From contig NC_087251.1 of the NCBI RefSeq assembly GCF_037042905.1, forward strand, positions 13,642,001-13,706,000: a stretch of DNA of 64,000 bases. Direction: 5' to 3'. Numbering within the stretch: position 1 is the first letter of the stretch; each line of letters begins with the position of its first letter. Of this stretch, positions 12,501 through 24,500 are shown piece after piece. Source of the DNA: Lytechinus pictus (taxonomy: Eukaryota). Under the pieces are notes generated by a model, which saw only the letters and a list, made by a program, of their open reading frames with translations, did no database searches and was not told the DNA's origin. The position numbers and the translations under genes were made by a program.

Positions 12501-15500
12501 TTGAATCTTATAACTTACTAATAAGGGAAACATTTCAGAAATCATCTTATTTTTTGTATAACTGAACTGGCTTGGAGATGACAAATGAAAATGCAAGGAA
12601 AATAATAATAAACTGCATATACTTATTACATAGAAGAAAGAAAATGGGATATACTCTAAACATAAATTGGTTATAGATGTTTAACAAGTAAAATGATACA
12701 CCAGATGAAACACAATAAGGCACTTTGGTGGATTATAGTACTTGGCAAATCAAAAGAGAAATCGAATTGAAATAAAGAACATGGATTGCGAAATAATAAA
12801 ATCATACACACGATAAAGCAGCTAAATTGAAAAATGGAAAGCATCAGTAGAAATTTTGTAGCAACTTCACGGATCTAACATCAAATTTTGACATTTTCAG
12901 CTCAAACAAAAAGTGCAAGAGAGAAACCCATTTTGAAAGCTTGTCCTTACATTTGATCCATTACATTGTTGAAGATATGTTTTAACTTCTAAAATTGGCA
13001 ACAAGTGTACTTTTTCCTGCCCATTTACAGTTTGAAAAAAAATCAAATAAGGATATAACACAAGTCAAAAAGTTAATAAACTGTAAATTTTCAGTAAAAA
13101 ACTATCAATTTGTATTTTGAAACAGTGGTGTCATTAATTTAATTAGGCTGACAATTTACAGAGCGTCATTATCAGCTAGCGCTAAACATTTTTCATTCAG
13201 TTACTGGACTTGAAGAGGTATAAACCAGTCGAAAACCTTTTTGCCTTTCTGATCATATTTCATATGAAATTAATCGCATTCAATTTAAAGAGATAAGGCA
13301 CAAGTGTCTCCTACAAAGGACAATGTACCTCTGTGTTAAGATAAAATAATTTGTAAGGAGCCATGTGTACACTGAAAACCCTCAGTATTAGGTGATCCTA
13401 ACGACACCTGTGAAGTGGAGTAGGACAGGTTTCCATGACAACAGGCAAGAGGAACATTCCAACCATGCTATAAACATGAAAGGGATAAAAATAGGATGGT
13501 AGGAGGGGCAATTAGTCTCCATGAAACTGACAATTTTGATGTCAAAATGTTGAGCCAGGTCCATTGGATAATAAATATAGTAAGGGGAGGTAAGAGTAGA
13601 TGATAGGAGGGAGAGAAGTAGGAGGGGGTGGATGGGATGGATACATTCCCATGTCAAATAAAAATATGTATTTATAGTGCACACGATGCATACAGAATAT
13701 TTAAGAAATTAAGAGTTATACAAAAATCCATTAAGTTCCAAGGGTTTCTCCCGTATGTAATAATAATAATAATAATAATAATAATGATAATAAAAAATAA
13801 AATAAAATAATAATAATAGCCAATTTTTATATAGTGCTTTTCCCAATAATAAAAAGAATCACAAATTCCACTCTGTAGAATGTGCTATGAATGAATTAGG
13901 GCAAGCTTTGTCCTCCATAAGTCTGGAGAGATAATAAATCTAGAAAAAGCTATAGAGAAGGAGACTTTTTATTTCACTTTTACAATTTTGACGAGAGCCT
14001 TACCTTGTCCTCCACCCCCATACACTTGTCTCCAAAAGTTCTATCTAACACTCTCAATTCCAGGGAACCCACAGATGACACCCTCACCACTTCTGTACCC
14101 CAGAAGCCCCTGTCATGGTTCCGTCATCCCCCCACTGGGAGAAAACCTGATTCAAACATCAAGCTCTTCCTTCCTACTATCCAAATGTCAATGCACATTC
14201 TCCCGTGGGATAATAGGAGGCTGCTATTAATAGCCCCAAGTGAAGTGGATGAACTCTCTTAGGTCTCCCAGATTCAGCTCTCCTACTTGGTCAACTATAA
14301 AGACATTGCTTACCTGTTGCCAACTGAAACAGGGTAGTTCCTGCTTTAAGTCTTTGAGAATCAAGAAGTTCAGTAGTCAGGGGGTTAACACTACCACTGT
14401 CTAATGCCAAACCAACCCTGAAGAATGTTTGGCATTCATGACTGATTGCTATGATACTAAAACCTGTGTACATAGGGATGCTTTATAATTCTCCAACCTA
14501 ATTTTTGCTATCATGTCATTTGTAGATATTCCTTACCCGTTGCTTTTCCTTGCCATCCAACTCCCTGTCTTTCCTCTCTAGCTGTTCTTTCAGCTCTCCA
14601 TATTCTATAAAAAAATTAAAGCAATAGTGATTTTCATTTTTATATGAAACACTTGTGTAAGGATTGCAAAAGGAAATTCTTAAAAAGCTAATTCCAGTTT
14701 TCTTTGGTGTGACCTCAAAATCAATTTGATGTAATCTAATTGTATTCAATGGTAAGAAAAAAGGCAAAATTCAAATATTAATTTTTGTCCTCACCAAGAA
14801 TAATGATTGAGAATGCCAGTCATGGACTTTAATACCCTCTACTAGAAATGTGCTCACACAAATCTTTCATGTAGAAATCATGTTCAGGAGTGTATAATAC
14901 CCCTTTCATAAACCCCATTATGCGAATAATATCCGCATAATTTGGTCGTAAAATCGGAGCGGGACCAGAATTATACGCATTATTTTGATGCTGCAATTAT
15001 CCGCATAATAGCGGCATCGGGACCAGATTTTGACTTTATGAACGCATTTCCAAAGTAATGCGGATAATTGCCATGGTGCGGTCACAAGGTCACCCTTTTC
15101 CAATACAACCCCATCGGAGGGGATGTGTGCAGTTGCCATGACAATTATCCGCCTTTTTCAGGTCGGGCGCTCGTAAAAAATTGTGCGGATTATTTTCGGA
15201 GTTTGTGAATGCAATCTTTATTGAATTATCCGCATTACTCTTAGGCGGATAATTGGAGGATGGGTTTATGAAAGGGGTATAAGAAGACAGGCAATCATTT
15301 GCAAAAACCCCTCTTTTTTCAAATCTTGATCCTAAAAACCCTTACCTCTTTCTCTTTCCTCTGCTTCTCGCTGCCTAATAACATCCTGGTTGATGACCTT
15401 CTCGATGACGTCCTTGAAGTTGATGTCAAAGGGCGAGACGTCCGGGTTGCCTCCGTCGTCAAACTGTAGTACGATTTGCTGGAGTAAGAGGTCTACCAGG

Positions 15501-18500
15501 GACCAATGATGGATACTCTTGCCTTGGTCTGTTGAAGAACAGAAACACTCAATGTTGTAGCTCAAAAGAGAACACCAAAGGACTACTTTCCTTTTGGTAT
15601 TGATAAAAGTCATCCTTATGAGGACTTTTTCTTGGTATTGAGAGAAAGAAATCATATCGATGGTATATTATTTTGATATGGAATATGAGGATGAGAGGAA
15701 CCTCTACTCATGGATGGAAGGTCACATGTTCCAATCAAAGCAGAATCAAACCACAGAACTGTACCTTCTGCCTTCTTGCCAGGCACCGGGTGGATAGGAA
15801 GAGTAAATAGCATTGCCTTAAGCAGTACCTGAAAGAACAGCATCAACTTTTTATGTGTAGCCCCCAAACCACCAATGTGTTACATTATTGTAGCAGCTAA
15901 CTCACCTCTGTTAATTTTTTTTCATCCACTTTGAAAGAAAGTGTGTAGCAAACTTGTAGAGCCTTTCATGGGCTTTTTATTCATGTATAATTCCTTTAGA
16001 ATACTAGTGTACTGATGTGAATAGATAATTAGTTACTTAAGCTCTTTATTATAAAGCTCCCCCATTAATACCAAACCCTTGATAATCTGACAACAAAAGC
16101 ATATACAATGGAAAGGGAGAAACTTTGACCTAGTTCCAGTATGTTTATGAAAAGCTCCCTTTTTTTCAATGGGTGCCAGAGTCATAGCTCTTATCAATGA
16201 ACTTGACATCCAAGGTATTGTCCCATAGTGGTGTATTGATTTTTTTTTTCTTACCACTTTTAATCTCCCACAGTGATTTTGAAAGTGAATGTATCCAAGG
16301 AGGGGCCAAAATGAGATGCCATGTGATGTAGGTCAAGATACTATGATAACATGTGCTAATTGATGAGTTTGAAAGAGCAAATGCAGGTTCATACATTCCA
16401 CATTATTGATAAATAGACTCACATTCTTAAAAACTGTGAATTTCTTTGGACATAGCGGAGGCTTTGTGGAAAAATCACAACATTTCAACAGGGTTTGCAA
16501 GTCTTCCCTACCTCAACTTAAAGTCTGTCTGGTGATGCCTCTTCCCAACCTTGTCACAATAATTGCAATACAATGAGGGCTTACTATGGTATTTGGGGTG
16601 GAAAACAGCATCGTACCTTTTTAGGTAGTTTTAATGAATCATGCAGTATTTTTTTAATATTGTAATGAAACCTGCAGTTTTTTTATACCAAAAGAAAAAT
16701 TATAAAATTTGCGATAAAGGAGTTGTTGACATTTCTGCCCTGTTCATTCCTATCTTTGAACTGATTGAGAAGCTTACTTGGAAGCAGTAATAAATGCTGT
16801 AGGATGGACATGAGATGTGGATAAGCCTCTGTATGACTGATCTTCTTCTTAATAACATCAAACATATTATTGCCATTCCGTACATCAACATGAACCTGAA
16901 AGATAAAAACAGGTTACAATCAGTATTCATATTCAGCATCAGGGATTTCTAACATAAAGAGATATGCTTGATATTTACAATTGTTACTTTTTGTAAAAGG
17001 TTTTCCATTAACTTATACTAATTAATTGTTATATTTCAAGGCCCTTAAGTATTGCTTCAGAATTGTGTAATTATATATTTTATGATAAAGGGGTCCTTAT
17101 TCATGCTTTATAACTGTGCAAATGATTGTAACTTTTATGGGACAGAACAAAGCCTATCTATTACAAAGTTGGAGCATTTTCTTCATTTAAGCCTATCTAT
17201 TACAAAGTTGGAGCATTTTCTTCATTTCACTCAAGTTTTTTTTTTCAAGTTAAACTTCATCACATAGTATTTTCCAGTCGAGAGATCATTGATCATATTC
17301 ATCTAAACGTTAATCAGTGTATTTTGTAAATGAAAAATAATTTGAGGTGTCATTTTGTTATTAACATAAACCGTCATGTCTATGTAAAATAAGCATGACC
17401 CTGAAATATAAAAACATCAATTGAACAGTCACATATGCAATGAGGAGTGGCTAATATCCAGACATGAATTTGATGGAGTTTACAGCTTGCTGAACAAGGA
17501 ATTGAGCAATATAAGATGGCACCATATTATTTGCAATAACTTCATGCAAGATGAGCTCATTAAAAGCTCATGTGAGAACTGATGATTTTGCTTCTGCTTA
17601 TGTAGTTGAGACAGAAGTGATTTTACTAGCTGTCATTTAAATCCAGCTCCCTTTCATTTGATATTTGTACAATAGTGCTTACCAGGGAGAAAAAAATAAA
17701 GAAAAATTCACTCACCATGTCAAACCTTTTGGCAAGTTCTCTTTCATCTTCATTTCTGACCAGCTCAAAGAAATCTAAATGCCTGAAATTTTTAAAAATA
17801 CACAGATAAGTTGGTAAGAATACAATCAGTCGGTCACAATACATCCATAGATCAAGTTTTTAAAGTTTCCTTAGCAAAGGGAAATCAATGTAGAGGCTTC
17901 CTTTTACATCTTGTATTTTTCTGCAAGAACCGCAAGAACATACTTGCTGAAACATCTTATTTGTGTATTCCGGCAAAGATACATCAATTGTGTACCGTGA
18001 AGCCAAGTAATATTACTATCAAATGATGTACATAAAATTACCATCAAACAATACAGAAAAGTGTAATGCAAATTAGTTTGGGATAAATTTTACATAGCAT
18101 TTGAATGACAAGGTCATTCCAGGTGAAAGGAATCTTGACTAAGAACTTACTCACCTATCTAATGTTGCATTTTCTAGTGTTCTTAACTTGTCTATCACAG
18201 GCTGAATACCAAGCATTAGAAATTCATATCTCAAGTGAATCCTAAATTCCAAATTATCCTGCAAATTGAAAAAAATAAAGAAAAACAATCATAAGTATAG
18301 AAAATGTTGATCAATGTGGTGAGTAGCTGAAGACAAATGGAGCTTGATCAGTGCAATTATTTCCCCCAAAGATTCAACTTTTGAATCATAAAGTAAAGCA
18401 AATTTATGGAAGACAAGGGTCTGTTTCTGAACACATATAGGCCTATGCATTTATAGCTTATAACATAGTTGCATCAGTTCTATAACAGAAGCTTTTAAGG

Positions 18501-21500
18501 ATTGTTGTCAAAATTCAACCTAAAATATTCACTTATGTATGGAACAGTAATTTTTCTTAATTGCCTCAATACAACACAAACACTTCTGCAAATTTCAATA
18601 AACCTATTTATTACAACTACTCTTAAAGTATATTTCAAAATATTTGAAGGATAGCATAGGTATGAATAGGTATGAAAAGTTAACTCAAATTGTTTAACAT
18701 AGGAATCAAAATAGACTGTCCAAAACAAATGTGAATCCTTTAAAATCTTTATCCAATGATATATACTGATCTCCTTCAAAAGAAGGTTTTCAAGGTAAAA
18801 CCTTAAAAGTGTTTTGACAGTTAGAAGCTTTAGAAGTACCATGATGAACAAAAGATAGGGTTGTTTTGTCACAACACCAGTCTTCTATCTTTGATTCCAG
18901 TATCTACATCAATTTATCAAGTCAGAACTAAGAACTATTATCAATCAGCAGGATAGTTCTCCTTCATTATAAGGCATTCGTTTCCATCTTCCAGCTACAT
19001 GTAGTTATATTTCATAGAACTTATCTGCTGATGAATCTCAGTCTAGGAAGAAAAATCATTGACATTTTATTAGCAAATATATGATCACCCCAACTAATGA
19101 AAGTATTTTTTTTCTTTTATTCACAACTGCACACTTCCCTTTCTCTCTTCTATATTTTAGAGAAATCAATATTTCTGACTCCCCCTCTATCTCTCTCTAC
19201 TTTCTCTCAACCACCATCTTGGCATTTTTGTAAAATTTCTGTAACACACATTTACACATAAAGTTGTATTTGAGCAAGTGATGTCAATTACTTCTCTAAA
19301 GCTCTCCATCTCTTTCTTGCTCTCTGGAATTCGCTACTAACACCATCTGTTTGAGCTTTCATAAATAAAACAAATAAAAAAAACACCCTTTGCATGTATA
19401 ATCTAAGAATTAAATACACTTTCCTAAATTTGATATCATATTTGCACAAGTATTTTCAAAGACTGGACTCAAAATGAGCTGCTCCAGCCGCTTCCTATCA
19501 TGACCACGAGCATCGGCTCTGCCAAATCTATCATGCTGTCCTTTGGGGAAGGGGGATACATGTACTACTAACAAGAAATGGATCCTAATTTCTTCTCTCA
19601 AAGGTGGCAAAGCCTTTGATGTCTGGGATCTGGAGTATCTATCAATCTGCGGACAGCTGTGCATATATGATGGTCTGTAACTACACCACAATTCTGAAGT
19701 ATGATGCTAATGATGTGATGCATTGGGGGAGATGGATATAACAGGCATCCAATCTACAGACCTTGCTCCTATGTTGGTTTATTCATTATGCATAGAATTG
19801 AAAGAATGATTTCAGTATTTTATTTGACAGCTATTTCCTTTTAATATCAAAATAAGTTATTTGAATTATGCAGTGCTTTTTCTCACAATTTAGGACCTAT
19901 AATGCTATTAAAAAAAAACCTCAGAGAGTCCGATAAAAAAAACAGCTTCAATGTAATTTAGCTTGCGTTTAATTAAAGATTATCAACAAAACTACATTGA
20001 TGGTATAGAAATTGTTGAGAACTAAGTAAAAAAGTACCCCTATTACTTTCAAATCTCAAGGCAAAGGATCTTCAGCCAGGGTTGGCACGTTTTAAACGGT
20101 GTGTTTTAAAACATGTTTTAAAACGCGTTTTAAAACACCCGTTTTTTTTACAAAAAAAACGTGTTTTAAAACACCTCATAGACTTGTGTGTTATAAATAT
20201 GCATGGATGTGATTTTACATGAATATATTTTTTATACTTTTTTTCTTAAGTGGTATATTATTTTCTTCTAACTAAATCTCTTTCTCACCACCACTCTTTT
20301 TCTCCTCTCTCTTTCCCCCCTTATTCTCCCCTTTTCCATTGCTTTGTCATGTTCCTTTCCTCCTGTTCAATTATGTAGATCAATCTATATATTCTCATTT
20401 TAACAAGCATTTGAGTGTTGTGCTCACTTTAAGACATGGAAAGAAACACTATCTAAAATAAGCTCAAATATGTAATAGTAGTACTTGAATGAAATGGAAG
20501 TGTTGCACAAGCACAATAATATTTTGCAAATAGACAGTATAACTGACATTGTAACCTTGAGGTACACACGAAAGTAGGTGAAACTTTGCGCTTTGTAAAG
20601 ATGAAGAAAAGTAGTTTAATTCAGAATAAGATAATCAGCTAGCAAACCTTAAAGGACAAGTCCACCCCAAGAAAAACCTATTATGCTGAAAATTTCATCA
20701 AAATCGAATGTAAAGTAATAAAGTGATGACATTTTAAAGTTTCGCTTAATTTCGCAAAACAGTTATATGCGCATCCTGGTTGGTATGCAAATGAGGGGAC
20801 TGATGACATCACTCACTATTTATTTTGTATGTCGTTATTTTCTCATTGTCATGTGAAATATATTTTTTTTCCTCCCTGAACATGAGTGGAACTACCATTG
20901 TTTTAACATTTTTTTGGTTCAGTTAAGTTGGTCATTATTATCAAATCTGTATAAATTGAAATATTTTATTGTTCAAACAATTAAAAGAACAAAAGAAATA
21001 GTGAGTGAGGGACATCATCAACTCCCTTATTTGCACATCACTGAGTTGTTATAAATGTTTTGTGAAAAATAAGCGAAACTTTAAAATGTCATAACTTTCT
21101 TATTTTACATCCGATTTCGATGAAATTTTCAGCATTATGCTTGTTTGAATTTTCTCTACTGATTCAAATCAGCATTTTTCTGGGGTGGATTTGACCTTTA
21201 ACCTAACAATCCCAGGGGACTGTAGTGGCCCCCTTAAAAATGTATATGATAAATCCATAAGAACAGCAGGGCCACGCCATATTGTTCAAGACTATTTTTT
21301 TGATACATGCATGGATATGCGGTTATGATATTACCATGGAGCTATCAACACATGATAGCTCCATGATATTACACAAGTAAAGCCAATGCAAATTTTTTGC
21401 CAACATTTTATCTGTATCAATATTTGTACTTTTTGTTAATGATTGGAAAATTATTGCAAATAATTTCCATTAAAAAACGATAAAAAAACCCAAAAGTAAC

Positions 21501-24500
21501 CACAAAAATGTACATAAGAAATTAAAAAAAAAAACAGTTAAAACAAACATTGAAAAAAACAATTTGATTAAAATTCCTCAATTAAAGAAATAAGCAGTTC
21601 AAGGGCCTAATATTTATAGATTTAAACCCAAACTTATATTTCATGCACTTGTGGGTACCCGGTAGGATGTGGAAGTCATTGTAGCTTGTCCAGTACTGTG
21701 TGCGCCTCACTAGCGACTGACTGGAATACTACCCAGGGAGTGGAGGATGTGCATACATTGTGTGCGGGAATGACCGATTGAATCCGATGACTGGGTTAAT
21801 AATATATCTGTAAAGCGCTTAGACACGTCTTTCCAATGTATTAAGCGCTATATAAAAGCGGACTATTATTATCATTATTATTACTTAAAATTTGTATAAT
21901 TGATACAAATGAAATAAAGCATATTGAGTAAATGAAATTAAGCTTTGAAAGCCTATAGTCTATAGATTATGTTGTTTTCTTACATAGTGCAACTTCTTCT
22001 CACCCCTATAGATTGATAAGACTTAAAAAAACCTGAGACTACATGTATGAGGAATAAACTTATAAAATGTCAACTTAATTTTTTGGCATTCAATTTCCTT
22101 TATTTAGTAATTTTGGGAAAAATATGAACTTTTCTGTTGAAAATTCAGTAACAAAAATTGTAGTCATCTCTTAATACTCCAAAAATGTAATTAAAACATC
22201 AAGAGCTTAAATCATATTGTATTAAGTGTATAATTTAATTGATTTACAGGAAAATTACATCGTTCGTTGGAAAAAAAACGTTTTAAAACGATTTAAAACG
22301 TTTTAAAACAATAAAAAACGTTTTATTTGTTTTTTTTAATAAAAAACGTTTTTTATTACAACCCTGTCTTCAGCTAACAGGTTCATTTCTTGGCAATCAC
22401 ACAACTCCTTTATTAGCACTCATTATGTAATTGAAAAACTAAATTGAAACCTGCAACCCCCAGCCAATGATAGAACGGAAAAAAACAACCCTGTCTCCAA
22501 ACAAATAAAATGAGGATGTTTTTAGCCTGAGGATAAATTTTCACTTCATATAAAAGACTTCAAATATCAAATTTCAGCTCTCAAATTGATATTGGGGTAA
22601 CATTTGCTTGCCACATTCACGTTTGAAATCTGGAGTTAGAGGAAACGTTCAATTTGGAACAGATTGTAAAAATAGGGTCTGCAATTATGGCCAAACCAAC
22701 CTAACTTCCCCCTACCCATGTGTTATTTCCTTTGTTAACTGACAAGGAAAGAAATGTCAAGTGACATAGATATTATTGTTATTTAGTCCAATTCATAGTT
22801 ATAGTGTCAGATGACATAGAATATTTTATTTAGTGAATATTACCACATAAGGTGTGACAGCTTAGTTGATAGATATTGGGTAGTTATCTGTTGACTTAGG
22901 TTTTGGTAAGAGAATCTTTTTATTATTTCAGCTTCCCCAGAGAGGGCTGAATACCATACAGTATATGTTTTCTCATTTATATTGACATTTTTTCCTTGTT
23001 TAGTTATATTTAGATGATTAAATAATTTCAATCTAAAAATATCTTTCTGTAATTTCACTCTTGTGATTTGTTTTCAAAAGCATCTTGTTCCAAGTCCCAA
23101 AAGGCAAACTTAAAATGTGAAGTTACATGGAAATTCAACAAATACCCCTAACATGCCCAAAGCTCATTGACCCTAAATGACCTTTGACCTTGTTCATGTG
23201 ACCTGAAACTCAAGCAGGATGTTTTGTAATACTTCATTACCCTTATGTGTAAGTTTAAAGAACTAGGTCCATATACGTTATATAAGTTATATAAGTTATG
23301 CTAACATTTCAAAAACTTAACCTTATACCCCTTTCATAAACCCAATTATGCGGCTAATAGCAGCATAATTTGGTCATAAAATAGGAGGAGGACCAGAGTT
23401 ATCCGCATTATTTTGATGCTGCAATTATCCGCATAATAGCGGCATCGGGACCAGATTTTGACTTTATGAACGCATTTCCAAAGTAATGCGGATAATTGCC
23501 ATGGTGCGGTCACCCTTTTCCAACACAACCACATCGGAGGGGGTGTGTGCGGTTGCCATGACGATTATCCGCCTTTTTCAGGACGGGCGCTCGTAAAAAT
23601 AGTGCGGATTATTTTCGGAGTTTGTGAACGCAATTTTTATTGAATTATCTGCATTACTCTTAGGCGGCTAATTGGAGGATGGGTTTATGAAAGGGGTATA
23701 AGGTTGAGATTTGATATTGACGCCGCCGCCGTCGGAAAAGCGGCACCTATAGTCTCGCTCTACTATGTAGGCAAGACAAAAACACCCCTTTTCAACAGTT
23801 TAATGACATCTGTTTCAGAATGGAATTCATTTCTGCCATAACACCATTTGTTATTCATTAAAAATGTTGTTCCGAATTAAACACAATCTATTGCTTCATT
23901 TATTTCACCTTTCTGCCTTTGCAAGAAAAAAAAAACATGGTAAAGCATTGAATTTCCTTCTTTTTTTGAGAGAGAGAGAGGAACAAATCACATAGCGGAA
24001 CATTTGTTTCCTATTTTTTTCTAAAACTGGCACACTCCAAGAATTGATGATAGGTGAACATGAGGACATGGTTAAGACAACGGGTCTTTGGGGAATGAAT
24101 GTATTCTGATAGCACAGATCCTGTGACCTTATCCTACAGATATCTCTGGGGAGAACCCGCTGACTTGGGCTTCTGATAAACACTTGTTTACATTATCAGG
24201 ATACTTCAACAGTGGAATCAAACTATGTAAAGGCAAACTGATAGCACCAAGAGAATCAAATTTACATTTTTGTAAAATCATCATAAGCCAAACTAAAACA
24301 CTGTAAATACATAAAAGGAAAAGATGTACAATACTTGGAAACGAAAGGCTGATCGCAATACAATTTAGGAATGACTTCACATCAAGGGTAGATAGCTAGG
24401 CCTACACCTGGGTTGAGACACACATCTGTATGAAGTATGGTTAATGCACAGACCACCCTAAGCAATATCCTTTTGAACATCATGGAATCAGCTGATTGAG

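Larger units (their letters stand above)
20077..22366. mobile_element. Non-autonomous hAT-type DNA transposon, 2290 bp including nested inserts
   Basis: Termini CAGGGTTG / CAACCCTG with a perfect 8-bp TSD TCTTCAGC (20069-20076, 22367-22374). Subterminal arrays of the palindrome GTTTTAAAAC at both ends. Confidence 0.88.

Noticed and set aside
14918..15139. Duplicated small ORF (also 23346-23534) as a gene family
   Set aside because: Both lie within copies of the same non-coding MITE and show no transposase motifs.
19410..19691. 93-aa minus-strand ORF in a GC-richer intronic patch as an alternative exon
   Set aside because: The nearest acceptor gives an early stop in the DAAM frame and the peptide is unrecognisable.
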